Source of the DNA: Phoronis australis
Taxonomy: Eukaryota; Animalia; Phoronida
Reading direction: 5' to 3'
Length of the DNA: 64,000 nucleotides
Assembly: GCA_002633005.1 (NCBI GenBank)
Contig: NMRA01000042.1
Location: 828,388-892,387, forward strand
How positions within the stretch are numbered: position 1 is the first letter of the stretch; the number at the start of each line of letters is the position of its first letter. Positions 1 to 12,720 of the stretch are shown here, piece by piece. The notes below the pieces were generated by a model, which worked only from the letters and a program-made list of their open reading frames with translations, was not told the DNA's origin and did no database searches. Both the position numbers and the translations under genes were made by a program.

Positions 1-1155
1 TGCCGGGTACTTGGGTGGCCGATGCCAGTTACTCCTTTGTCAATTTCTGGCAGACTGCTTAATCCTGGCCTGTGCATGCACTGGTTTGTGGTGCTACATC
101 TGATGGCACGCGTGCCGGAGCCGAACCGTTCGGTGTGGGCCCTGTCTTTCGACTGTGGTTCAAAAGATGTACAGTCCTTACCTCCGCCATTTGTAAGTCA
201 ATCGACCGCGTCTTCTGCTGTAAAAACTTATGCAAGTGCCGCTCGAGCACCATTGAAGGCTCCTGTACTTCCGTCAGCTACAGTACCTCAAGCATTAGAG
301 TCCGCCATAGACTCCCATTTTCATATTGATCGTTTAACAGCAGCCTATCGTTCAAAAGGCAATATTTGCAACAACCGTTTCCTGTCCATACCGGACCTTA
401 CTGATGCGACCCTTCACCGTTCGTCGTCGCATCCTATTAAACTAGTGGGTGGCATCATTGTTTTTTGCGATCCAGCGGAATACCATCGTCGCTCTATTAA
501 GGATTATGTAAGAGCTCTTCCTCAAGGGTTCAAGGCGGTGGTAGGTGTGCACCCAAAACAAGTAAGCAATTTCTCGGAGGCTGCCAGAACAACACTCTTT
601 CAGCTTCTCCGGGAAACTTCCGTCGCTGGTCTTGGCGAAATAGGATTTGAACAGTCCCTGGGTAACGAACGTGAACAGGCTCGGTTCATTGAAGATCTGC
701 TCCGGGACTTCGCAAATCTTACTCGTCGCCATGGAAGTGTGAAGGACAAGACTTTGGTTTTCCATATCCGTTCGGCCTCCCCTGGTTCCCACTATGACTG
801 GGGCTTCCGAACCGTGTTCAACATCGTTGCAGATATTCTTCCGTCGACCCAAAGGATCCACCTTCACACTTTTACGGGGGATACCAATGCTGTTGTGAAT
901 TTTTGCCGACAGTTCCCGAACTGCTATTTCGGGTTCTCCGGCAACTGTAATACCTTCACAAGATGGCAGGTTGATGCTTTGCGGAAGGTACCTGAAGATC
1001 GTCTCCTTTTAGAGACCGACGCGCCTCACTTGTCATTGAAGGAACGCCCAAATTATCCTCAGTTCGTTGGAGAGGTGGCTGAGGTGGTGGCCAAACATCG
1101 CGGCACGACTGTTGCACAAGTCCTTCGTCAGACCGCTAGGAACGCCCGCCGATAG
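1..1155 (+). CDS. TatD-family metal-dependent nuclease (TIM-barrel amidohydrolase fold), intronless, reading frame open past the window's 5' edge; probably retrotransposon-borne
   Basis: Frame 1 is open from base 1 to TAG at 1153-1155. All TatD motifs occur in order: IDSHFH (HxH), GVHP, GLGEIG, VFHIR, IHLHTFTG, YFGFSG, LLLETDAP. No introns, unlike the host genes in this window. Confidence 0.85.
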   Translation, partial: CRVLGWPMPVTPLSISGRLLNPGLCMHWFVVLHLMARVPEPNRSVWALSFDCGSKDVQSLPPPFVSQSTASSAVKTYASAARAPLKAPVLPSATVPQALESAIDSHFHIDRLTAAYRSKGNICNNRFLSIPDLTDATLHRSSSHPIKLVGGIIVFCDPAEYHRRSIKDYVRALPQGFKAVVGVHPKQVSNFSEAARTTLFQLLRETSVAGLGEIGFEQSLGNEREQARFIEDLLRDFANLTRRHGSVKDKTLVFHIRSASPGSHYDWGFRTVFNIVADILPSTQRIHLHTFTGDTNAVVNFCRQFPNCYFGFSGNCNTFTRWQVDALRKVPEDRLLLETDAPHLSLKERPNYPQFVGEVAEVVAKHRGTTVAQVLRQTARNARR

Positions 1156-1750
1156 TATTAAGCTGTAGGCTCGTCGACGGTGATTCCAGCGTGGTTTTGT
1201 TTTGTGTAGTAGCATAGCTAGTTAAATTTTAATAGTTCACTTGAAGTAGCAAAAAGCTACCAGTTATTACCTTTAACATTCCTTTTAAAATTTGTTTTTT
1301 TTCAGTCACTTCAAAACAAAAAATAAAAGAGGCTGATCCAGGGATACTCGTTCGCGGGTAGGTCTGTTCAGTTTCACCAAACTATGCTACCTTATTGTTA
1401 TCTGTTGTGTTAAGTTGATTATCAGTTTCTTTGTTAATTAAGTTGACAATTAGGGTACTCAACGTTCAGTTTTTTTTTATTATTAGCTCATTTTGTTTTT
1501 TTCGTTGTTTTGACTTTTTGCCAAGAATTGGCACTTTTCCTCACATTTTTAGTCGTAAGTTAGGATCCTCAGTCACATTTTTTTTTATAGTTTAGTTACC
1601 GGGCGCCATTGTTGTACTATCATGTCTCATGCTTGAGGCTGTTTGTCCACTAATTAGTAGGTAGGGGGGAATAGTTATAGTTTTTTTTAGTTCCTGTTCA
1701 CATTCACTCCTCATTGTTTCTTTTTCCAATCAGTTCATTTAGTCATTTTT

Positions 1751-1764
1751 AGAGAGGGGAGGAA
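1751..1764 (+). other. Polypurine tract (plus-strand primer) of a putative LTR retrotransposon
   Basis: AGAGAGGGGAGGAA, preceded by a T-run and followed directly by TGTCGTG, the canonical PPT-TG junction. Confidence 0.65.
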
Positions 1765-2256
1765 TGTCGTGAACCTAGGTAGGTATTCGTTGTCCAGTTT
1801 CAATGTCGTCCGTCCTTGTTCGTATGAGTGTTATGGTCGTCCAGATATAGTTATTGTCACGTGACTGGGGAGTTGCCTGCTGGTGTGGATCTTCGCTCTC
1901 TCGTGTGTTGTCCTCCATGGAAAGAGGACGTATTTCTGACAGCGTGTATAAGTCAAGGAATGGACAAGGGTGAGTAGCCTGAAAAGAACCTAAATAGCCA
2001 CCATTCACTACAGTGTGAATAACTCGAGAACAATAGTCAGAACAAGAAATGGTAGCACAAGTGCTACTCCAAGAACTGTATGATGACACTTGGCTTTCCT
2101 CAATTTTCAACTGCAGCCCACTGATCGCTTTTCCATTCGAGGTGAAAGTTTTAACGAAGTTGCGGTAAGTGAGAGAGGCTAGCCCCGGTAGTTAATCTGC
2201 AAGTGAAACTTCGCTTAAAATACTAAATAGTAGGATTTAAGTGCTAGTCCACGAGA
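1765..2256 (+). mobile_element. Putative 3' LTR (~490 bp)
   Basis: Begins TGTCGTGAACCTAG right after the PPT. Ends near CTAGTCCACGAGA (2244-2256), an imperfect inverted copy of the start (expected CTAGGTTCACGACA). The partner LTR is outside the window, so the TSD cannot be checked. Confidence 0.55.
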
Positions 2257-4742
2257 GCACCAGCCATCCAGCAGCAAGGTGGGGGTCAACCAATTTTCAC
2301 CAAATTTGCCACATAGGTAGTCCTATGGGATCCATTAACAGTGGTAAAATATTTCCTCAAAATATTACATTTTACCAAAGTTATAGGCTCAAACACATTT
2401 TATGGCTTCGCAGTCATGTTTTCACGGCATAAAAACTGTCCAGTTTTAACTCTTTATATTTTTCCTTGAATGAAAGCTACTGAACTATTATTCACTTGGA
2501 ATTGTTTAGTGGTGCCTATGGATTGTTATACTGATGTCGTGAAAAAAAGATTCCGATTGACCACCCTCATTTAGTAGTTTTACTACACTGCCCCCCCGTT
2601 ATGCCATTTTGAGGTTATGTTCAGTATCCTGCTGTACCAAATATGCCCCCACTGCTATGAGACTGAAACTTGGCCAAAATGTTGACAAAACATGTTACTT
2701 TCATTGCATAAAATAAAAACTTTGTCAGCCAGTTTATTAGTTTTTCATTTTGACACCTCAAATGTACTAAAATGAGAAATTTTCAAATATGTGAGATCGA
2801 TGCGTGAGAACGTAAAATCAGATTGTCCTTCATGTTTTCGATATCTTGCAACGAATTTGTTCCTCCTGAGTGTTTTAAATGTGTTTCTACTAACCACTTA
2901 GGGCTACAGTACTCCTAGATACCATACATGGCTCCATTTTGTAAAAAGCCGATTATGTCCTCCACAGTGAACAAGGTTAGACACGAACTCGACAAATGTA
3001 GGTTATTATAATTTACGGTTGTTATGGTTTGCAATTTCTTCATGGGTATTTCTTCACACATATTCAAGTCAGATTTTTTGTTGATCAAATGTTCATGCGA
3101 TGCATTGTAATATCAAATGAATGATAAGTTTGGTGGCATAATCGCGGTTTTTCCCACGACTTAAAACAAAAGACTGCAGAAATTTTCCTGACGGAATACC
3201 GGGTTTGCAGTTCTCTAAAAACATTCGAATGACCATGCGTGCACCCAGGGAGGGAGTTCAAGCCCCCCGCCTCATTTGGTGAAGTGAGCAAAAAGGTCCG
3301 CCTCTGAGAAACAACAAGTCTGAGAAAATGAGATAAAAGTCCATTAAACAAGCACAAACGCGCAATTCACAGTGGTGTTACCTTTTTTTTAGTCTGCTGG
3401 TTTTTGTTACCAAAAGGTCCACAACGCCACGAATTCGAGCCCCCCATAATAAAGGCTGGGTGCGCACATGGGAATGACAAGACTCCACTGTCCACCCAGC
3501 GGTTTTCCTTTGTTGTGTCATTGTTGGATATAACGACACAGGTCGCATGGATATAGAACCTCGCATACATCAGACCGTTTCCGATAAATTATCTTTATTA
3601 TAACAACGGGAACAATGAAGATGCTAATCTATTGTTCTCTATGCGACTAGATTTCCCGTGGATGACCACAGACGAGGAATCCAAAAGTATCCACAAACAA
3701 TGACCACGCACCTCAGTAACTATTAATGCGAACACAAATCCTTTCCGTGGAACCTAAACACCAAATTTTTATGTCCATGTACTGTGTTGTATTGCTCATG
3801 GTACGGGTTCAGACTCCATTGTATTAAGATTCAATAAACTTAAGGTAACTGACCGGGCACCAAGGCCGTGTGAGCGCATGCTAATTCAGTGTTTGCTGAC
3901 AAAAAGCTGTTGTGAAACAGTAACTCGATTTCATATGCTATGGTCACATGTTAGAGGAATGTTTATTTAGATATTCAAATACATTATTCACATCATTGTT
4001 ACTATACAACTTTTGCCCTGATGGTTCTGTAAAAGGGCAACTTGACTTCACGACCCCCGACACGTAAATAGATTAATTTTGCAGTTTCGTGGCTAATTCA
4101 CCAAAATAATTACGTGCACCATAGACATCACATAGACCGGGCGCACGCCACTCAGATAAATGAAGCTCACGTTGTCAATATGACGCCATATTGGAGAGTG
4201 TTACACATGACAAAAATGGCGGAAAACAATGGGAGCCCTACGGCATCAATCAGAAAATGCGGGGGCTCGTAGTGTTATGCCTGCAGCCAAAGAGTTAATT
4301 TTTTTGGTCCAGCCCTCGAGTCATGGGTTTTTTGGTTCAGCCATGGAGCTTAGTGGTGCTGCAACTAGGTTTTTATGTTCTGCCACCATTGTTTAAGCGG
4401 AGCAACTATGCATTGTTTCCACATCAGTCTTGGTGATTGAGGACATACAAGATCAATTAAAAAGACAATTATTGACCAGCATATGCTGTTATCCAATGAT
4501 GATCCTGTTTGTTAATTGTAATTAAGTAAATATTTGGCATTAATGAAAATCATAAGTATTTTTACTCGTACTGAAAAACAACATCCCCGAACTTTCTCAC
4601 CAGCCTTCAAAATCAGTACATCTAAATGAATAATGTTCTTTATTGAAATATATACTGCTTTAAAAACTCATTTCTTAACATGTATTTCAAAATCAGATGT
4701 TTTCTGTTATATCAAAACAAATACCTGCAAAATCTGTACTTA

Positions 4743-7625
4743 TAGTCTAGACGCATTTCTGGAAAATGTGCATGTTAGAGGCATTTTTTAGTAAAAGTGG
4801 AGAACCTATCTTTTTAGTATAATTATGGTATGCTGATTTCGATTATGCCTGTTCCCAAGCTGGATTTTGAGTTTTTGACCATCTAATTTGCATAAACAAA
4901 ATAGCCGCCAAACCAACAAGATAAGAAACATTCGTAAGTTCAGGAGTACAATACGAGATGAATAATTAGGAAATTTATGCTTCAAAAACATACTATAAGT
5001 GTGTTTAGATCACTTAAATTTAAGAGCATATTAATGAACGTCATTATATTCCCCAATTATGCTAATTAGCCTCTGCCATTACCAAAAAATTCAAATTTCG
5101 ATGTAACTTTATCAATTTGCAGGCAAACATGACAACTAAGGTGTCTATACCTATGTTTTGAAGGTCTAGAAAAATCATTATGACACATGTGAAGCTTTTT
5201 ATTTCATCTTCACTAAGTTACAAATGCTCATTAATAAAGTCTGAAAATTAAATTAGAAATCATAATCATCAATGCTTTTTTGCGAACATCTCACTATTTA
5301 GATAAGACATAAAAGTATTGTAAACATAACAACATGACTTTTAAATACTGTTGTAAAGAGATGCATGGCCATATCGTCCCATTTTGGACAGGAACATACC
5401 GTCCTCACAGTCGACCAAGCACTCTGCTGCAGATTAATGGAGCTTACGTGGTCGGTCCCAGAATACCAAAATATGTTAATACAGTACCTCGTTTAGTGGC
5501 TCTTCACATATCAATGAACTTTATCAAGGCCATAGAAGATCACATGAGTGATTCCGGAATAGCTGAGGTGTGTATAGAGAGTGCAATACTTGGTCAAGAC
5601 CTATGGAACTGGTCCTCAGTGGAAAGTCGTACAGCAAANTTGCGCACTGGAGATAAATCTTCACTTGCCGAAGTATTAATAGTTAACACATCGACTGTCC
5701 TGAAACAATTCAACTTCATGACTCGCCCGCTTGTCTCATTATTGATGGCGAAGCATTGCTGGTAGCTCTTGGGAAGCTTGATGGTGATGTGACCTTCGAG
5801 AACCTGGCTGATTCATTCATGAAAACAGTGCTAAACATTGGATTTCGATATCATAAAATTGTCATTGTATTTGACAGATACAGACAAGAAACTATGAAAT
5901 ACACAACAGGAAAACAGCGTAATAAAGGAATACAGAAAATCAGGTGATTTTTGGAAGGCCGTGGTGTACCTCTTCCTCAAAACTAGTCAAATTTTCGGGC
6001 ACTGGCTGATAATAAAGAAGACCTAGCACATTTCTTATCAGGGGATCTGTGTTTGTAGACGCCTGAAGATAAAGAGTTTATGGTTGCAGGAGGGTTCAAA
6101 GATGAGCTGGAAGTAAATTAAATCATCTAAGGTTATGGCTGATTTGAGGACTCTGAAATCCACACATGAAGAAGCAGATGCAAGATTGGTACTGCATGCT
6201 GTCCACAGTCAGTCGTATTTCCAGGGACCCCCGATGTTCTATTTCTTCTGGTATCGCACTTCCAACAAATGCAAAGTGAGCATATCTGTATGATGTCAGG
6301 CACATCAAAGAAGTGTCGATATATACATACTGAAGCACTTTTCAACAAACTACTAAGAGACTCAGCAACATCCTTGTTTGCTTTTCATGCCGTGACACCA
6401 ACTCGTACTTTGCCAATCATACGAAACAATCATCATGGAAGGTGTTCCTGGACCATCACAGATTGCTTAAGAACCCCTGCATTGGTGAAATCACTGAGCA
6501 AATTACGGTGGCTTCAGAAGTATTTGTCTGCAGAATATACAACAGGACCTGTAGATGTAGCACGCCATTTACTATTCTCCAACCCCGTGAACCCAGAAGT
6601 CCTTCCCCCTAACCCATAATGCCCACCGTTTCCATCTGATGAGAGTGCACTATCAGGTCAAGGTATGGCGAAATGATCATTATTCCATACCTGAGCTCCC
6701 AGCACCCTCTGATATGGGAGGGACACACAAACTTATGCTTGCAGCCCATACTGATGACACAGAGTTCTATCCCAGACAGCTGCCTAAAGATGGTATTGTG
6801 TGCATGCCAGAAACAACGCAACAGCAGACAATGCATATCATTATGCTCATGCCAGCAGCACATTCCTTGTATGCACACAGTTTGTTTTGCCTGGCTTTAG
6901 GCATGTTAAAAAGTAACAAAAAGTGAATGCTAAAACTGTGTTCAGCAGGCCTGAAAATAATTCATGCAACTGAGAATTTAATGTCTTCAATAGCAATAAC
7001 TATATTGATTTTTTATGAATGGAAGATAACGGGATAGTGTAAACATTTGTCCTATATTCCATCAAACTAGTGACACCTTGCTTGACGAGCATTGCAGATT
7101 AATGACTATTTTTTCCACATTCTGAAAGTATACATCTATAACCCAATAAATATGAAATAAATTGTTCCAAAAAATGTCTTTAGCATGTTTGTTGACCATG
7201 AAAATATAAGTATAAACAACTCATTTTTCAAGTTAGCCTGCAGGAACACAAACTTAAGACACAAATTACATTGTATGGTAATGGCGGCACCTAATTTGCA
7301 TAATTAGTTTTCAGAATTGCATTTTTTAGTGTTCAGAAGTGATTATTGCTCAAGAAGTATTTATAAGAAGTGTACAGGTGAGACATTTCACCATTTTAAA
7401 TGGTATATGGTGATTTCTATTACAAAAATACATCTGAACTTGACAATTTGGCCGCCATTTTGTTTATGCAAATTAGATGGTCAAAAATGCAAAATTCGGC
7501 TTGGGAACAGGGTTAGTTGAATTCGCCATACCTTGATTGTGTGAAAAACTCTTGTTCCCAACTTTTACTAAAAAATGCTTCTAGAACCTTATACAGGGCT
7601 CTTTTCAGGAAATGCGTCTAGACTA
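4743..7625 (+). mobile_element. AcademX-type DNA transposon relic (DDE transposase, XPG-like nuclease and Cys-rich fragments), internally deleted and frameshifted
   Basis: Long TIRs starting TAGTCTAGACGCATTTC / GAAATGCGTCTAGACTA, with inverted homology extending several hundred bp. 3-bp TSD TTA (4740-4742, 7626-7628). Degenerate peptides: LHISMNFIKAI..HM..SG, VIVFDRY, NKEDLA.FL, HEEADARLVLHA, AFHA, YQVKVWR, CACQK..C..CSC. Confidence 0.75.
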
Positions 7626-8968
7626 TTATATGTCGAAGTTGATGTTGGAAATTTTGCAGATTTGCACCGCTTTCTTACGAGCTCAATTGTTTTGCGATTC
7701 AAAACTTGCGCAAAAAGTAAAGTGCATACTAGTAATCAAAATATCAGACCTGTATGACTGAATTGCGCGACCAAGCTATAGTATACCCAAAACACAGAAT
7801 TTCCCACTCGAAACCAAGTGGAAATTAAATTTAAGTTGTTAAATGCATTTATCGTCATTATTTTGACATTTGTCTCTTTATTTTGACATCAGTCCTTAGG
7901 TTTTATTAAGCATTACTCATCTCTATTTATAGCCTCAAGGGCCTGCTTATGTATTCATACATTTCTCTATGCGACACCTGATTGGTCGCCCGTATTTCCT
8001 TTGTTCAGTTCAACGTGGTCTCTCTCATTCAGCCACCTACCTCGTCATCTACAAGACCTACGTTCGTTCTCTGCATTTTTTCCCCACCCCCCATCCCGGG
8101 TGTTGGTTCTTCTTTCTCTTTTCTCAGTTTTTCACAAGGTCTAAATTTAATGTCAAAAATTTTCAGCCCATGATAAAAATTACCTCACGTCCGTGAAAAC
8201 CTGTCTCGTCATTATTCAACAGCTCCTCCACAACAGGGGGTTAGGATAAGCAGATATGGTACCCGCAATTGGTGATCTTTCAACAATGTTCGATACGAGG
8301 ATGTTTAGGTATCATGGGGGGTCACCTGAGTTGGCGCGCGGCAAGGGAAATCTTGCATTTTCAATATATGCTGTAATTAGGGAGTGAAATTACTGAGCGG
8401 CGTGCAGACCAGGAATATGGTGTGGGAGAGTTGCGCTGAAGCGAAAACGATCACTATTTTTTAACAGGCCTTCATTCAGTTGCCCAAATTAGCAACTCTG
8501 GCCATTTTTGCACTGCTCGTGCCAGGATATATCTGGCTACTGAACTGCATGAAGACCAATCCAAAATACTTGGCCACATGTTAAGAATCTTCCGATCGCA
8601 GCCAAATTTTCTTACTATCAAAGTCAAAATTGATACCGAGAGAAGGCCAAGCGTGCATGAGAGAATTTACTTTAAATTTCTCGGCTGAGGGACGTGCAGT
8701 ACGTATATCTGATTAAGGGCGGAGAGGGGCTGATCTCTTAGTTAGCACATAATTTAACGGTATGGGGAAACTACAAAATGCCAACAAGTGCCTGGCACTT
8801 GATTGGGGGGACTTCAGATCCATGAGAGAGGAATATTTGTATGTTGGAAATCCCGAGTAATGCACAGGAAAGAACTGAGTCAGTGTTCTTTGCTTTTTAC
8901 ATCACGACCTTCTCCCCTTGAGTCTAACTAGGTTGTATAGCACAACAAGTTGGGCGGATGACCGGTGC

Positions 8969-9039
8969 ATGGGCGGCGCAGCAATGAAAAAAGTGGGGAG
9001 CTATAGCTCCCCCAGACCCCTATGGTGCACCGCTCATGC
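8969..9039. mobile_element. ~70-bp miniature inverted-repeat element (CATGGGCGG...CCGCTCATG); related copies at ~22888-23033
   Basis: Short TIRs flank AAAAAAGTGGGGAGCTATAGC. Two tandem, reverse-oriented similar copies lie at ~22888-22962 and ~22963-23033. Confidence 0.4.
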
Positions 9040-10684
9040 TCTGTAGCCAATATCTTAGTACACTGACGATTCAGAATTCCATTTGGCAATTAGGGAAGAA
9101 GGGTCAGCTCTCTTTTGTTCGATAATTGGTCTAATCTCCGATAACATGGTACATGTTTGAACATAAACCAATAACATTTCTGAATTCCCCATCAAATGCT
9201 CAGATCATGCTTATAGTTTTTGAATCACCAAAATCGCCCAAACACCATTGAAGATAAAAAAATCTATTCTGTCGAACGTACCAACGCACTGGTTTTGACT
9301 GTGATCGGTAATAAGTCTTGTAGATAATTGAACTACATGCTGTTATACCAGAGAAAAGACTGTGCTTGGCAGTTAACAAAGGAGCTAGATGTTATCACAC
9401 GCCCGCAACCGTTGTATGTCTGGTGAAGTCACTGAACGTGATCTTTAAAAACTTCAATGTCACTTATTTACATGACCCCAATGAGGTCAGTTTTCACAGT
9501 AGTTCCCATTAAATTTAGACCCTCATTAAAAGTGACCCAGGTCATATTTTAATTTTAGAAAGTTACCCGGGGTCATTGTTCAGACTGAAAAGTCTCCTAT
9601 TGGGGCACCACAAAAGTACGTCCCAAGTGAATAATACGTCTCCCGGATATAATGTATTTGCATCAAGCGACATGAATTAAATGTTAAATTTGCGCGATCT
9701 TACTGGTTTCTTTTGAAAAAACGAAAAAATAAAACGCTTGCAGTGGATTGACAAGCATGCAACCGCTCAGGCAACTCGAGAATCTTACTCACTGGTTGTG
9801 ATCTTCCATTAGCTTGATATTCTCCCTATCGACTGAATGACTCTTAAAAATGCATATAAGTACTACGTCACATGTTTGTTTTATGTTTCTGGAAAAAATC
9901 ACTCTTCAGTCTCTTTATTTGTTAGATATTGCGCTTTGAAAAGGGCAATTTGCGCTGTTTGTTTACACGACAAATAGCCGTGTCATGTGACTAGTAACAC
10001 TCTCCAATATGGCGTCAAGTTGTCAGCTGCAGTAGCGCGTGCGTCCAGTCTATAGTATAAGATGTCTATGACGTACACATTATTTTTCTGGCTCTCTAGT
10101 ATTGTCTTTTCGTGACTGGAGGTTTAGTTTATGTTCGTGATGTTCAGTCCCGGCTGCCGCGACGGGCCCAATCGGGTTGCGAGGCACTGGCAGGGATAAC
10201 AAGCGTTTGGTGTGTTTAGAAACGAAAAAATCGCAAGTCTAAAAGTACAACACACAGCTATCTTTCATGTCTGTATTTCAAGGAAGAATGATTCGAATTT
10301 ACCAAACAGACCCAAACTCCCACAATCGACCTTGACCGAACTCTGTAGGCTACCGTACGTTCAAATACCTATAAATCTGTAGCAGTGAAATAAAACAGCA
10401 CGTTTGCTCAAGAACTCGATCTATTTGTAAGGGTTTCACATGGAAATCTGATGATTTATTGGTGTAAAACGATGCATTCAAGCAATAAGTTGACACCTGA
10501 GTCATGTTGTGAACGGCTGAACAGACTGCGTTTGAACCGATAACGTCATTGGTTAATTTCAACACCTTCATCTGCCATCAGTTGTCAGGTAAAACAACTG
10601 AACTTGCTGTTATCGAGTGGAACTACTCAACCTACATTCATTTGACACAAAATAGGTTGTTTTTTGGGTGGCATTCTCCTTTAA

Positions 10685-12720
10685 GGCGGCAATGCTGAAA
10701 AGCAGACATCCCTGTCGTGTTGAGTCAGCTCGTCTAAACAAAGGTATGATGTGCATCAGCTGCGCAGATGCTGCTACCTTTGAGTATCTCAAGCAGGAGT
10801 GCCAGAATTTGACTCCAGCTGAGGCAGACCCAAGGTCTGCATACCATGTCATGAGTCCCGGGGTCCTGCCCCTCATGCATAAGGCCATCTGTCATGTCTC
10901 GGTCGACATTGCAGTGAGCAAGGAGGAATATTTCAATCTCCTTGATATCAGCAATCCAGATCAGGACGTGACAAAAGTTCACTATGTATCAGTTTGAGAG
11001 AACAAACCTAGTGCACAGTGCCCTACCAAGGGTCTAAGCTTTGTAATGGCCATAGAAGAATCTGCATGGCTAGTGCTCAAGGCAGTGGACTTCAAGCCTT
11101 ACTGCGGTCTTGGCAGGGTCCCTTTTAGGAACAAGACGGCTAAGCCTGCAGCTTGGAAAGTTGTAGCTGCTACGGCCACTAGGCCTTGTGCAGTGGTCGA
11201 GTCAGCCACAGAAACTGGTGCCGAAGATGTGGATAACACCAAGTTGACCTACGTGGAAGAAGGCGTCAAAGCTGACAAAGGCCGTGTGGTGGCCAAAATG
11301 GTCATTTCTGGCCTTCATCCAGTTGTAGTAACAGGTGATCAGCTGCGTGCCAACACCCCCAACTTGGTCGACCACACTGCAATTTTTGCAGTGTCGGGAG
11401 ATTCTAGTGAGGGGATGCATGTGAGTGACTGGTGACACACTAGCACGCTTCATGATGAGGAGCAGTTAATATTTTTACATTATAATTATGCTGCCTTTTC
11501 TCAAGTTTGGCATATAAATCTGCATCATGCCAGAAAAATCATCTGTTCTCCTGCAGCAGACTGAATAAAGATACTTGTTGTTTGTCTTTGATTCAGGAGC
11601 CTCACTGCAAGGGGAACACCATGATTGATGTTCCTAGAAAAGCCAAATTACATACATCATGGCTTGACACCAATTTGAGGCCAAGAGCAGCTGTTTTGGT
11701 GTCCAAAGACATATCATCAAGACCACTGCCAGACTTCTGTGACAGAGACAGAATGGCTGTACATGGAACCTTACTCGTCCAAATAGACTTGCCCGCACTG
11801 TTTGGTGGGTTTCGGCATACATGCCGGGTGACTCAGTTGAGGAACCTCCACCTGAGATGGTGCAGCACATTACACAACATTGTAGCAGCAATGGCATTCC
11901 ACTTGTAATTGGCTGCGCGGATGCTAATGCACATCATAACGTGTGGAACAGTACTGTCACTAACTCGAGAGGTGAATCCCTGTTAGAGTTCATTGTCAGC
12001 ACTCTACTGAATATTTGCAACAGAGGTCACAAACCCACTTTTGTTGTTCAGAATCGCCAAGAGATTCTAGATCTTACTTTGACTAGTATACCTGCAGCAG
12101 ATCTGGTGAAGAACTGGAGAGTTGACCTTTGTCCTCTCTCTCGGATCACAGATATATCAGGTTTGAGATGGCATTTTCTGCTATCCCCTTCTACACTGAG
12201 TACAGGGATATCAAAAAGGCTGATTGGCATATCTTCAATGAAGATTGTTCCAACTCACTTGATAACCTTGACAGTGGAAAACTCAACACTTTTACTGATG
12301 TTGATTTGCTGGCAAATAATGTCACAGCTGTGCTGACTAATGTCATCAATGTTGCCTGTCAAATGAGGATGGTGAGGCTTACTGGTAAACCTAATCGCCA
12401 AATATGGTGGACCAAAGAACTTGCATCTCTTCAGAAGAAGACAAGAAAATCTCATTGGAATGCTCAGCGAGTAGACACTGAAGAGGACTGGAACGCCTAC
12501 CATCAGGCAAACAGAACCTTCAAGTCTGCTACACAAAGGGCAAAAAGGAGCTCGAGGAGAAATTTTTGTTAGCAATCTTCAAGTTGGTCAGCAACAGCAA
12601 AACTTGTTCAGATTCGGAAGAAGGACAAGACTGCTCAGTTGGAGACTGTCCAAGTCCAACGAAAAGACGGTTCATACACCAGTTCACCTGGCGAAACTCA
12701 GGGCCATGCTAGATAAACAC
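10685..12720 (+). mobile_element. Non-LTR retrotransposon relic (LOA-like): ORF1 remnants and APE endonuclease, truncated before RT
   Basis: Frameshifted APE motifs LIQEP, RPRAAVLVSK, (S)AYMPGD, IGC-DANAHH..WNS..TNSRGESL, ILDLTL, SDHRYIRF, then WWTKEL. No RT core is seen. Confidence 0.8.

Larger units (their letters stand above)
4120..10070. mobile_element. TIR DNA transposon with CATAGACATC termini and 8-bp TSD (P-element/hAT-type), containing further insertions
   Basis: CATAGACATC at 4120 and GATGTCTATG at 10061-10070. Shared subterminal block GACGCCATATTGGAGAGTGTTA is inverted at both ends. TSD ACGTGCAC (4112-4119) / ACGTACAC (10071-10078). The empty site is visible at ~21954 in the second Kolobok copy. 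Confidence 0.8.
3826..10680 (+). mobile_element. Kolobok-like non-autonomous DNA transposon, 5'-truncated, split by a nested insertion (segments ~3826-4119 and 10071-10680)
   Basis: Both segments align colinearly with the uninterrupted copy at ~21683-22644. Right terminus is GGGTGGCATTCTCCT followed by TTAA (10681-10684). Confidence 0.7.

Noticed and set aside
1-1155. Host TATDN1/2/3 gene or bacterial contamination
   Set aside because: It is intronless with a non-TatD N-terminal extension, is followed by a PPT/LTR-like structure, and is contiguous with animal repeats. There is no operon context. Not fully excluded without the upstream sequence.
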